Below, piece after piece: positions 25,440 to 38,129 of a stretch of DNA of 64,000 nucleotides (the stretch's first letter is position 1; each line of letters begins with the position of its first letter). A model generated the notes under the pieces. That model did not search any database. It saw nothing but the letters and a program-made list of their open reading frames with translations, and had not been told where the DNA came from. The stretch is from assembly GCF_006345805.1 (NCBI RefSeq), contig NC_043016.1, positions 620,001 through 684,000 on the forward strand, read 5' to 3'. The stretch comes from Octopus sinensis. Lineage: Eukaryota. The position numbers and the translations under genes are program-made.

Positions 25440-25815
25440 ACTGTATTATGTATTATGTGCTCAATGCAGAGTAATACTATTTACTGCATGTTCTATATAT
25501 TTGCAAGTTCTAGAGTTTTGTTTATGAATTTGTCTGTGAAGTTTTTCATTATTCCCCAAATCCCTATGGCGATTGTTTCTGTGTTCAAAGAACATTATGG
25601 TTATACATTCACATTCTGGCTACTTCTATTTCTAGATATCTATAGTTGGATAGTTTCTCCATTTCTTTTAGAGACATATTGTTGTCTTTTGGAATTGATA
25701 TATAGATTAAAACGCATTTCTTTCCCAAGTGGGCTGTAAGAATTTTTTTCTTAATCGCACTGTCTATATGAATTGGTATGTTCCAGATTCTGTTCGGTTT
25801 GACATTCTTTGACAC
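25440..25815 (-). mobile_element. R4/Dong-type LINE endonuclease/3' fragment
   Basis: IWNIPIHIDSAIK...ISIPKDNNMSLKEMEKLSNYRYLEIEVARM. Confidence 0.7.
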
Positions 25816-26119
25816 CTCTTCTATATGTATCTCATGACGCTGGTATTATTTACAATGTAAAAAAGTTCCATTTGTGTCATGACTTGGCATGTATTCTCCT
25901 TTGGATAACAATATGCACTATAATATATAGAAACAATACAATTAATTGTTTCTTTGAAATCTTCACATCTTTTGCAGTTAGGTTTTGTATTATGTTTCAT
26001 TGTATACGTTTATCTGTCGCTAGTAGTGAAGTATTGTTCTTGCTAAAACGTGTTATAAACAAGTTCGCTGGACCTGAGTAGGAGAAATTCGATTTAGTAA
26101 CAAATCCACAGTTTGTTAT

Positions 26120-26790
26120 TTGAAGGACCTCGGTAAGTGTATGCAATTTCAATTCAGGCGATTTTTCAGTGACACTTTACTGAACAGTATTTTGATCACC
26201 GCCAACCACAATAACCTGCTGAAATTATCGTCAGAAAAGATTACTTGCTGTGACAAAACGATAACGGAAACGGAGACACGGGTGGTACTGAGTGGTTTTG
26301 CGAAGGGAATATTGACGGGCTTTGATGGTCTTCCTTATGAATTTTATGCTTGCGTGTCATACATATACGTGACTGTGCTTGCAGGAGACTTTCGGAAATG
26401 ACAACAGGCTGCGAGGAATCGTAGCTGTGTAAGTCGGGAGTGACTGTAAAAGGACGATGACAAGTGGTACGTCACTGATAATTTTAGATTCATTAAATCT
26501 GCTGAATACGACTCGAAATATATCGACTAACTTCTTCGCAAACTGGCTGGCGTTCGTCTTTGGCAGAGTCTTCAGTGATGCACAATATATTTTCGACTCG
26601 ACTATGAATTATACGCAGTAACGTCCAACAGGTGCAATACATTATAGAGTGTGAGAGTATAAATCTGTCCCTTGATAAGGTTCTGATCGATATAAACTCA
26701 TTTAAAACCTTCGACAGGGTTGATTACATTTACCTGGCGGTTCATCTAAGTGAAACCGGTTTCGCTGCTGTAATCAATGAATCTGTATGG
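26120..26790 (+). mobile_element. Tx1/L1-clade LINE RT fragment
   Basis: ITETETRVVLSGFAKGILTGFDGLPYEFY and FKTFDRVDYIYLAVHLSETGF. Confidence 0.75.
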
Positions 26791-26984
26791 ATACCAGAAT
26801 CAACACGTGATTGATTAATAAGAGGAAAGACAATATTAATTTTTAAGACAGCAGAAGAAAAAAAAATCATGTACACTAGAAAATAAAGACCATTAGCTTG
26901 TTTACCAATTTTATATAATCCTTGGCATCTATTCTCTCCAACAGGCTGTTTTATCATATCGACCATGATAACGTCTTTCCATGA

Positions 26985-27360
26985 AGGCAGAATGGGTGTC
27001 GTAAAAGGGAAGTATGAATGGATGTAAAGAAAAAGTTATTGGTAAACCGAACAGTTATTGAAGGCAACAACAAAAGAAAGAAACGCCTAAGTATGCTGTT
27101 GATTGATTATCGAAAAGTCTTCCATTGTATACCACACTCCTGGAAATTAGAAATACTTTACATAAAGAAAAACAGTTCTAATACTAAGGTAATGTATCAA
27201 GTTGACATATCAAAATAGAAAACCTCAATAAAAGAGAGGAAGCTGTAGAAAGTAATGCTGCTGTGTGTGAAACTGTGGAACCTGGTTGTACAACAGGAAC
27301 GAACAGAATATGACAAATACAGCAGATATTGTAATAAAAGATCAGAAGAAATTTTACAAA
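26985..27360 (+). mobile_element. R4/Dong-type LINE fragments (RT plus endonuclease piece)
   Basis: LLVNRTVIE...LSMLLIDYRKVFHCIPHSW and NTADIVIKDQKK. An adjacent minus-strand piece (26800-26980, YKIGK...LVYM) may also be RT-derived. Confidence 0.6.
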
Positions 27361-27519
27361 TAATCCCTATGGTATGTTGTTCATCGTCAACAGCATAGAT
27401 TTGGAAGAAATTAAGACGTCGAGAGATATAGATGGTAAAGAAATTGGATATGGATTCAACAGAAGTGTGTGTAAAAACAGTCTACTATTTGTATTGAACA
27501 ACGATATCGATAGGGATGT

Positions 27520-27725
<206 letters not shown>

Positions 27726-28261
27726 TTATGTATATGGTCTATTTACCTATTTGTGGATTTACACATATGTATGCACCCATGAACGTACATTCGGATATTC
27801 ACACATATGAAAGAAGGATGAAAAAAAAAAGAAATAAATGTATATGCTTTCGATTTCTGTATTCGAAGCTAATAATATCTGGGTCATTCCTCAGAGAAAA
27901 CTATAGTCGCTGGAATTTTAGACACACATCCTCCCTTAAAGTGAAGAATCATTCGGGATGAACAAGCTGTAGTACTTTGATTGAAACTAGTATCATTCAA
28001 GTTAAAAATACCCCGACTGCTTGAATATTGCCTTATTATATCAGCACTCGAAGGTAGTAGACAATGTAAATCCTTGTGTTGAAGTTTGAAACGTAAACAA
28101 CCGGTCAAGCACAAAATTAAAATTTATAGCCCATACATTCTAACGATTCAATCGATTCGCCTTTCGTATTTGCTCAGTAATCTTTGATAAGGCGAACATT
28201 TAGTCTTCATTGAACCATTAGGTTCCAAGATAAAAGAAGTGGTTGTTTTTAATAAAGGCTC

Positions 28262-28418
28262 GGGCGTGGGCTGTGTACTAAGAAGCTTGCTTCCCTACCA
28301 AATGGTCTCTAGTTCAGTCTCACTGCGTGGCACCTTAGACAAGTGCTTTCTACTAAGCCTCAGGCGCGACAAAGCTTTGTGAGTAGATTTGGTCGAATGA
28401 AACTGAAAGAAGTCCGTC

Positions 28419-28420
<2 letters not shown>
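28262..28420 (+). mobile_element. SINE family A head, followed by (TA)n
   Basis: ggctgtgtactaagaagcttgcttcc...agttcagtctcactgcgtggcaccttagacaagtg...gaaactgaaagaagtccgtc. Confidence 0.75.
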
Positions 28421-28495
<75 letters not shown>

Positions 28496-28589
28496 AATTA
28501 TATATAGATATATGCATATCTACATACATAATATGTGACATACCTACATTTATATGTATAAATACATGCATATATGGGTACAGGACATC

Positions 28590-28900
28590 AAAAAAAACGT
28601 TGAACACAATTGAGAAACGAAAAACACAAAAACAAAACCTGGAAACGAACTCTTTTCAAACAACGAAAAAACATAGTGCAAGGAATATTCCTCTTCTTCA
28701 ATTGTCCCTGTTTCGTCTACTCCCCGTATCGAAGGTAACGACAAGATGCGACTTCACTGAAACAATCCTTCCCGCAAAGCAAATTAAATAAAATTTGGGA
28801 TTTTTTGCAGAGGGGTAAAAGTGGTAACAAGAACAGGACAGTGAGAACAAAACAAGACAGTAAAAACAATAAAAGTAAAAACAGTAAAAGATAGAGCAAA
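28590..28900 (+). repeat. Unclassified dispersed repeat (homologous to 58880-59120, opposite strand)
   Basis: Shared collinear blocks: tctactcc, aacgacaa, aaataaaat(a/t)tgggattt and aacaggacagtg. Confidence 0.55.
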
Positions 28901-29104
28901 GAGAATAACACAGAAAAAACAAACGATGAGGGTTGTTATGTGAAGACGATGGAAAAATTATTTTGAACGCTTGAGGAGATAGCTTATGAAAGAGACAGGA
29001 TAAGCGGTCTTGTCTTGGTGAAGATAGCAGTTGGAAAGATGGCTTCCCTTTGATCCCGTGTCAGTGACGAGAGAGTTGAGGAGGAGGAGGAGTAAGAGAG
29101 AGGG

Positions 29105-29181
29105 AACGCAGCCCAGTCCAGGATTTGAACTCACATCCTGACGGTCGTAAGTTCGACGCTCTAACCACTGAGCCATGCGCC
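29105..29181 (-). mobile_element. tRNA-derived SINE head, family C
   Basis: Reverse complement ggcgcatggctcagtggttagagcgtcgaacttacgaccgtcaggatgtgagttcaaatcctggactgggctgcgtt has A box TGGCTCAGTGG and B box GTTCAAATCC, but no acceptor stem. Confidence 0.75.
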
Positions 29182-29209
29182 TTCACATACACACACACGT
29201 GTGTGTGTG

Positions 29210-29241
<32 letters not shown>

Positions 29242-29576
29242 TGTGTGTGTGTATGTATGTATGCATGTATGTATTGTGAATACTAGTATGGCGGCCAGAA
29301 GACATACAAAGGGAAATAAGTCGTTCGGTTTCCCACAGCCACTACCTAGAAATATGCAACGTAGATGTTTCTCTTATCTTCTATATATTCTCCAAAATAG
29401 AGGCAAACTGCTTGTTAAACTAGAAGAATGATATGGTACCAAATTTTGGTGCTAATTCTTTATTAATGAGAAGGAAAATACAAATTACATCCATTTAACT
29501 ATCTTTTCTTTTCCATGGTGTTGAACGAATTTAAAATGGTAATCTGATTAAATATGTCTGTCTTCTCGCTTTTCAG

Positions 29577-29632
29577 ATCTCAGACGCCGCTTATGGGAAA
29601 CAAGGTTACTATACTAAGCAGAATTCAAACTG
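29577..29632 (+). other. Candidate 56-nt spliced exon of an unidentified gene
   Basis: Branch-like ctgat about 28 nt upstream, a polypyrimidine tract ending ttttcag|, and donor TG|gtattt. Two frames are open (ISDAAYGKQGYYTKQNSN; SQTPLMGNKVTILSRIQT). No homology was recognised. Confidence 0.2.
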
Positions 29633-29789
29633 GTATTTGAGTGTCTCATTCCATATATATGAACAACCGCATATATGTTATCTATGTTGAGCATATACAC
29701 GCACACACACACACACGTAGGCATACACACACACGCACTCATACAACTATACACCTACTTGTCTAACTGTTAGTTGATATATATATATA

Positions 29790-29824
<35 letters not shown>

Positions 29825-30379
29825 AGTAAGCTATACATGCATCTCTCCTTTCCTCTATCCATCCATCCATCCATTAACCAATGACAAAAAATGACAGTGC
29901 GCAGTATATTCACGTTCGAATCTGTTGGGAGGTATTCAGAATGAATAGATACAATATTGTTTAGATTCTTGCTGTTCTACCTACACCCAATGAATTATGG
30001 CCTCTTTGGCATACATCAGCTCACTTTAACAAATAATTTCTTTGTTGAGTTCTGTAAATAAGTGCACCTGATCTTGATAGATTCATCGAAATATTTCTAA
30101 CACGAGGAGACATGCAATGTTAAAAGTAACACCTTTTCACGCACATACGCACACATAAATAGTCACACACACATACACATATACACACATATACATAGAA
30201 AGATATTTTAAAATTTATCAACTATCGAAAAAATATGTTTTATTTAGGTAACAGAAGATCACCGATCTTTGGGAAAAAGATGGCGTATTGTGTGTATTTC
30301 TTGTGAAATATATACAAATATAACGATTCCATTTGTACTCACCTATAATCTTTGGAACATTCTGCATTCGGCCAACGAT

Positions 30380-30965
30380 ACCTCCCAATGCTACATCAAT
30401 CATCAGATGTATGACAAATGATTAAAAAGTTACAAATCATCAACAGTCGAGACAACCACCAAATCTCAACAAAGGCGAAATTCTCATCGCTGAAAGAATA
30501 AAAGAAGAAACAAGCTTCTGAGACCTTCGCAACTGGACGTAAATGATTGAAGAAAGAATATCCGAAAGATTTAAGAGTGGTAAGGAATGAATTGAAAAAC
30601 AAAAAATCTCATCTACTGCAGCATATGTCCAGAATGCAACGAGAATTACATTGGGGAAACACGAATAAAAGTAACCAGTCGTGCAAATGCGCAAAAAGCA
30701 CATTAAAGATTCATGTCTTAGAAATGTTTCATGTAGTAAATATCTAGACATTTGTACAAATAGAAAATTTTAAATATTTCCCTTTTTCAAAATAAACGAC
30801 AATAAAGATGGACTACGGAATGCAAAAGAATTGTATTTAATAAGAATTCTAAATCCGAAACTAAACCGGAAATAGTCAAAACCATTATTAAAAACAACTT
30901 TCTCACTACACATTAGCTCAAATTACATGTCTGAAGAATAGAAGTATGAAAGCGCTTAGACACTT
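30380..30965 (+). mobile_element. Penelope-like element 3' part (linker, GIY-YIG endonuclease, 3' end with hammerhead-like core)
   Basis: NLIYCSICPECNENYIGET (GIY-YIG), RNAKELYLIRILNPKLN, then CTGAAGA-ATA(gaag)TAT-GAAA-GCGC-TT at 30931-30957. Confidence 0.8.
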
Positions 30966-30998
30966 AATGCACACAACACACAAAATACACACTATACG

Positions 30999-31200
30999 CA
31001 AATGTCTAGATGTTTATTGCATGGAACATTGCTAAGACAGGAATCTTTAATGTGCTATTTGCGCATTTACACGACTGGTTAGTTCTGTTCGTGTTTCCCC
31101 AATGTAATTCCCGTTGCATTCTGGACATACGCTGCAGTAGATGAGATTTGTTTTGTTTTTCAATTCATATTTAAATTTCTTTTCAATTCCTTCTCACTCC
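30999..31200 (-). mobile_element. Second Penelope-like GIY-YIG copy, inverted and convergent with the first
   Basis: 30999-31168 is the diverged reverse complement of 30585-30754. Confidence 0.8.
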
Positions 31201-31264
31201 TGAGTAACGTAAGTACATAGAAATTGAATAACACAAGTACCTAGAAGAAAAGATGAAGAACATT

Positions 31265-31450
31265 GTGGAAGACGAGAAAAACAATTATTACTCTGGTGTT
31301 CTTGGTACGATAGCCAAATTGCTACTCAATAAACTGAAAAGCATGGGAACTGAGATTCGTATTGTAGACCTGTAGCACAATGCAGTACCGTGTTTTGTAA
31401 GAAGTCTAAGTAAGTTTCTTTAAATTTGAGGAGACTTGTTGTTACCAAAC
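31265..31450 (+). mobile_element. R4/Dong-type LINE extreme 3' end
   Basis: Degenerate coding for the PII.G.LGTI.K.L...LKSMG.EIRI.DLQ-type terminus, followed by UTR gaggagacttgttgttaccaaacc. Confidence 0.5.
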
Positions 31451-31559
31451 CTCGAGATAACAGTCTTGTTAATTACATTAGTATTAATGATAACAATAGG
31501 GTGCCAAATTTCTAATTCGCATCGCTCTCGTGCGCACACAAAAAGCTAGTTCAGCTTTT

Positions 31560-33940
31560 CAATAAATTATGGGAGATCCTAAGAAAACACCTGATTGGCT
31601 AGCAAGTGTTATTACTTACCTACTTCCAAAGAATAACAAAGCCAAATCTCTCCATAGCTATCGGCCCATAACGTGTCTATCTACCGCGTATAAAATTTTA
31701 ACATCCATCCTCGCGGAGAGAAGATACAAATTTATGGAACAGAACATTTTCCTCACTGAACAAAAGGGGTGCCGACGAGGCTCATATGGATGCAAAGATC
31801 AACGTCTAATCAATCACATGACCCTTGAGAACTGTCATAACAAACAAAGAAATCTCAGTTCCGCATGGATTGATTATAAAAAAGCCTTTGATAGCATACC
31901 GCATTCATGGATCTTGAAATCAGTGGATATCTTCAAAATTTCTCCTGTGATTTCAAACTTCCTGAATCAAAACATGTCAGTGTGGAATACGAATCTCCAA
32001 TTATACGACTCTAACGGAGTACTAACTACAAACTATATTAATATGAACTGTGCAATTTTCCAGAGTAACTTACTTTCACATTTATTTTTTTGTTTTTGCA
32101 GAGCCCTAATACCCTTTACAAATGAACTTAACAGAACAGGGTATGGGTATAAAACTAGCGGCAAGAAATTAATCTACTTTACATGGATAACTTAAAACTC
32201 TATAGCAAAGATGATAATGTGCTTGAAGAACGACTACGTACTGTGAAAGCATTCAGTGATGACATCGTGATGGAATTTGGTTTTGCTAAATGTGCGAGGG
32301 CCACTTTCCAGAAAGTGAAATTGAAAATCTCACATTCAATGGTGTTAAATGTTGACATAGTCATAAAACAAACTTGAGCAGGAACAAATTTACATATACC
32401 ACGGAATAAATGAGGGCTCTGGCATTCAGCTTGCAAGCATGACGGAAAAGATTAGGAAGGAATGTTACAGGAGAGTTCGAGCAGTCCTAAAATCTGAATA
32501 AATGCACCTGACAAGGTGTTAGTCATAAATTCTTTAGCAGCTCACTTTGTTATTTATAATTTCAAGGTGTTGAACTGGAATATGAGGGAAATAAGGAAGG
32601 TTGGCAGGAAAATTTGTAAGCTGCTGACTTGCAATAAGATGCACCACCCAAATCAGACGCAGATCATATTTATATTTACAAAACCCCAAGGAGTTCGAGA
32701 CTCACAAAACCACCAAACTTGCACTGGCCAAATATATTCAAACATCCAACGACTGGATGCTAAAGTTCGTTGAAAACCACGTGGGACGTAAGAAGATTCA
32801 TTCTGTAATGAAGGAAAGCAAAAAAAAAAAAATTCAGGTGAGTTTATGCATAATACCCAGGCGGAACAGATTGATGGAAATGCGGCAACTATTGTTGTAA
32901 AGAAGGTGAAATCTGACAAAGCAAAAAGCATTTGACCAGTTGGCTTAGAAGTGGGAACAAAAATATCTGCATGGTAAATACGTGGCCCATAGCAAACAAG
33001 CTGATGTTGACCAGAATCACACCCATTAATGGCTACGGAGCTCAAGGTTAAAGACTGAGAGCGAAGGCCTTGTGTTAGCAGCTCAAAGTCAGATCTTATT
33101 GACCCGGAGCTATCAAACCAATGTGATGAAAAATGGAGTTGATCCAAAATACCGATACTGCAACGATGAGATTGAAACAAACAGTGGACTACCTAATCTT
33201 AGAACCGGTAGAGTATAAATAAAAACATGACAGAGTTGGCCAACATCTACACTGGTTAATATGGTTGCCATTATACAATCAAAACTGTTGACGAATGGTA
33301 CAAGCACCACTCTGTAACGGAGGGAGAAAATATAACGATTTTTTTGGACTTTCCAGCACATGCATAGTGGACCATGAAAGCCAATAAACAATATATTGTC
33401 GTGAAAGACTAAAGCAACAAACTGTTTATTTATTAACATGAGCATAACTTGTGATTATAATATCTCGGCAAAAGAATGTGATAAGCTCAGAAAGTATAAA
33501 TATTTGTTGATTGAAATCGAAAAAAATATGGCATCTCAAGACGGTTACAATACCTATGATTATAGGAGCACTTGGAATGATCAAAAAGTGATTTGAAAAT
33601 TATTTGAAGATGATCAATGGTTTACTATCCATGCAGAAAGAGCAAAACTTTGTCTTAACTGGTACGTCACACGTATTAAGAAGAGCATTGTCGGTGTGAA
33701 TTTTCGTTCCTTTCCTCCTTATTTTCTTTGTTTTCTTTTATCATCTTTCTTTTTTTCCTTCTTTCCTTTGACTTATTTCCTCTTTTTCTCTATCACATGT
33801 CTTTGTAAATGAACAATCTGGTGTGTTTATTTCGGTGGCCTACCAATATACACAGTGAGTTTCTTTTCCCTAGATGTTGAGAAAACACTCGGCAAGAAAT
33901 GGAAACAAAATTGAAAGAAGAAAACGATAATAATAACAAA
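31560..33940 (+). mobile_element. Long R4/Dong-type LINE relic (RT, CCHC zinc finger, restriction-like endonuclease, 3' UTR)
   Basis: YRPITCLSTAYKILT, EQKGCRRGSYGCKDQ, WIDYKKAFDSIPHSW, MDNLKLYSK, CRYCNDEIET, HDRVGQHLHW, and KYKYLLIEIEK..WHLKTVTIPMIIGALG. Multiple stops and frameshifts. Confidence 0.92.
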
Positions 33941-33944
33941 GGAA

Positions 33945-34430
33945 AAAATCAAGACATGACAGAGTTGTTCAATGCTTACACTGGTTAATATGTTGGCAAT
34001 ATAAACTCAAAACTGTTGATAAATATATGCCTCACCCTAAGGCATAGAGAAAATGTAACGATTCTTTGAGACTTTCCTCTAATTCCAGACCTAACTACCG
34101 AAGCTAATAAACCGGATATTGCCATTAAAGACCAAAACAATAAAGCTTATTGATCCACATGAGCATTCCTTGTGATCATAATATCCCAGCAAAAGAATTT
34201 GACAAGCTCAGAAAGTATAAAGATTTGGTCATTGAAATCGAAAAAAATATGGCATCTCAAGACGGTTACAATACCAGTGATCGTAAAAGCACTAGGAATA
34301 ATAAAAAAGGAAACTGGAAATTATTTGAGAATGATCTCTGTTCTACCATCACTGCAAAAAGTGCAAAGGAATGTTTAAACTGGTACCTCACACGTAACGT
34401 CACAGTATTTTCACTGTGAGTATAATAATC
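33945..34430 (+). mobile_element. Further R4/Dong-type LINE 3' end, head-to-tail with the previous copy
   Basis: RHDRVVQCLHW, ANKPDIAIKD, MSIPCDHNIPAKEFDKLRKYKDLVIEIEK and WHLKTVTIPVIVKALG. Confidence 0.85.
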
Positions 34431-34689
34431 TTCCATGTAAATAACCTTCCATGCTCTTAGGAGCATTTATTGTTAATTTCAATATAGGTGTGTGAGGAAA
34501 TTATAGTGATTGGGTTAGTATAGGAAAGAAAAGAGATGATGCAAAAAATATTTGGGTTGCGTAGGGCGTTCATGGATTTGAAGAACTTGTTAAAGAACCT
34601 GTTATGATTGCATAAAAATAAATTGTTCGAAAGTCCGTTGAATAGATATCTTGGCTTGTAAAATATCGAACGCTTTTGAGAGACATAAT

Positions 34690-35225
34690 CCACATACCTT
34701 TTTAACACCGTTGTTGACCCTGCTTGTCTTACTGTGTTCCATTATTACGGTGTGTGGTATATTCTTTAAATTTTGGTAACGCAAAAATGAATGGGAAGAA
34801 AAAGAGAATGATAGCTGTGGAGAGAGGGAAAGGAAGAAGTTTCGTGGGAATATGTGGATTTCACAAGCGGTCCCCAACAATCCCGCATGTAGAGACATCC
34901 TGTTTGCCGCAGATGCAGAGACAGAACAACCGCGGAGCCGCCAGTTGCCGAAACAGACACTCCGAGGATTTTCACCAGAGCTCCGTCTGTCGGATTGAGG
35001 CCCTAATACCACTCGGTGTCAGACCAATCCGCCTTGGGTGGCTCTACCAGGAACCGAAGTTCCCGACGGCATAGCTCTGACACAACCCGTTGCCAGCGCT
35101 CCCACCACGGTGAGGAGGGGATGGACTTTGGGGACTTCTTCCATGAATTCTCAATGGCGAATACAATGCCTCGAGGGTGGTGGATGAAGCCGACTCAACC
35201 CACCCAGGGTAAATGTCACAAGAAA
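34690..35225 (+). other. GC/CpG-rich coding-like island, possibly a LINE ORF1 relic
   Basis: Composition shifts sharply from the flanks. A frameshifted reading TLRGFSPELRL..IEALIPLG loosely resembles LINE ORF1 RRM segments. Not identified. Confidence 0.25.
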
Positions 35226-35552
35226 AAAAGGGAGGGAGGAAAGGGTTTGAAAGCAAATGGGAGAGTGAGAACGGAGAGAGGAGAGAGCGAGAGAGAAGAA
35301 GAGAGAAGGAGCCGAAAGAACAGAGAAAGAGAGCGAGAGAAGAAAGAAAGAATGAGAAAGAAGAAAGAAAGTAAGAAAGAAAAAGAAGAAAGAAACGAAA
35401 AAAGAAGAAGAAAGAAAAGAAAGAAAGAAGAAAGAAAGAAAGAAAGAAAGAAAGAGAAAGAAGAAAGAAGAAAGAAAGAAAGAAAGAAAGAAGAAGAAAG
35501 AAAGACAGAAAGAAAGAAGAAGAAAGACAGAGAAAGAAAGAGAGAGAGAGAC
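35225..35552. repeat. (AAAG)n/(AAG)n/(AG)n polypurine tract
   Basis: Directly visible. Confidence 0.95.
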
Positions 35553-36719
35553 TAAAAGATTGCTTTCTTCTGGAGTTATGTCTGAAAGAGAATGTGAGCT
35601 GCTTGAATATGGTTTTGAGATTGTTTTGGCAAATATTGACATTGGTCACAGTGTCGTTGCTCAGTCAGAACTGAGCGGTTTTGAAAAGGGTTTTTACAGA
35701 TGGAATTGTTGTTAAGTGTAGATGGAAGAGTAACATTTGTTTATCGTAAAATTTGCTTATTCGATATTTTTTATAAATTTTGTCTTGGTGCCAACACTGT
35801 TTCATGAGTAGTGGTAAATATAATTTGGCTATAGGTTTGATTCCTTCAAGTTATGTAGAGGTCTACACCAGCAGACGTTAAAGATTTTGTTCCAAGATAC
35901 AGGTCTTTAAAAATGTAGGTCAATGTACGTGCTTTTTCTTTGAAGACGATCTCTCTTAATGCAGTGTTATTGTTGACTGTGGATTAAAACAACAACCAGA
36001 TCGATTATACGGAAATACACACCGACAGCCATACACATATATATGTCACAGACATATCTATATAAGTATATATATATATATTTATTTATTTATATACATA
36101 GGTAAATACATACATATATATACATCGCACATACACTGACACATGTACAAGCGCACATATACAATCTATATTGGGAAATGACGTTCGCGGTGTGTCGTTA
36201 ATCTGTTGCAATTTTCTCCCCACCGCTAATCGAAGTGATTACGTAAAGGAGAAATGATCATAGAGGAATATTAGGAATATTAAGCATCGAATAAATTCAT
36301 GTATTATGTATATATATATATGTAGATATGTATGTATGTGTATATATATATATATATTTATATATAATTATATGTGTGGGTAATTATATATAATATATAT
36401 ATATATATATGCATATATACATACACATACATATCACATATATATATATATACATATTTATATATATGTATTCATTTATGTAGATAAGCTTACTTATATG
36501 CTAATCTATCTATCTTTATAAGTATATATGCATAAAAATACCGACATGCATATATATGCATATATATACGTATATTTACTTAGATAAATACCACACAAAC
36601 ACATACATACATCTACATACGCATGCACGTATTTAAGTTAGTTCATATGCATGTATGTCTATATGCAGATATAAATAGTGCACATTACAAATACACATAT
36701 ACATTATATATAATATATA

Positions 36720-36764
<45 letters not shown>

Positions 36765-37026
36765 CGCATGCGCGTGTGTATGGGTTTGTGTGTATATGAA
36801 ATATCAATTGGCTGTTAAGTGATGCAAGTGTCTCAATGGCTCCGATGAGTAATATATTCGATGATGATTGTTGTTTTGCTGAACAACCGTAATGGGTATG
36901 GGGTGGTATATATAAATTATCTCACGTACTTGCTTAAACAATTCAGTATCCATTTTAGTTTTGCTGTTTTTTAATGTTTATTTTCATCGTTCTTCGTTGA
37001 TGTTAGTTACCTTATCTATTCAGAAA

Positions 37027-37068
<42 letters not shown>

Positions 37069-37125
37069 GCATACATTCATACACACACAAACACATATGT
37101 ACACACACATATATACATGCATACA

Positions 37126-37158
<33 letters not shown>

Positions 37159-37445
37159 TGGCATAGGTATTGGTATATATGTATATATAAGTATAATTAT
37201 ATATATGTATGTTATATGTATGTATATATATTTATAATATTTAATGTGGCGTGTACATGTACATTTGTATATGCACATATGTATGTATATATATATATAT
37301 ATATATAATATGTGTGTGTGTGTGTGTAGTAGCTACATGTGCGTTTGTGAACATATTTCCATTTTTCTTCTGTTTCACTGCATCATAGTCACATGTTCAA
37401 AAGGCGTGAACAAATTATGTGTGAGCGTGTGTGTATATATATATA

Positions 37446-37499
<54 letters not shown>

Positions 37500-37552
37500 G
37501 ATATATATATATATCTATACACACATATATATATATATGCATGTATTATATG

Positions 37553-37600
<48 letters not shown>

Positions 37601-37789
37601 TTACATACAATGCGGGTTTGCAAATATATATGCATACACACAATCAAATTCAATTTGCTTTCGCACTGAAACAAAAAAAAAACGGGGGAATAAAACAAAA
37701 ACAAACCCTGGAAAACATTGTCTAATTTCGAAGAAATTGTTGCCAACAAATAAAACAAAAGTAACTACGACGAAAAACAACACCGTACT

Positions 37790-38100
37790 ATAATCATCAT
37801 ATTCATCACCATCACCACCGATACCACTATCATCATCACCATCTTTTTTGTTGTCTTCATCATCATCCTCATCACCATAATCATCACCAGCATCGTCATT
37901 GTCGCAGTCGTTGTTATGATCATTATTATCAACAGCGACATTGACATCATTATCAACAGCAACACAAACATCAACAACTACGAGCAGAATACGACACAAA
38001 CAAATTAAAAATCTCCGCCTTACCATCTAATCAAATCTAACACTACTACTAGAACCCCCCTCCCCAACGCCTCTACTACCACCTGCACCGGTAGCACCGG
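37790..38100. repeat. Degenerate (CAT)/(CAC)/(CAA) triplet low-complexity tract
   Basis: Directly visible. Confidence 0.85.
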
Positions 38101-38129
38101 TAGCTGAAGAGCTTATGGTTATTTATGTC

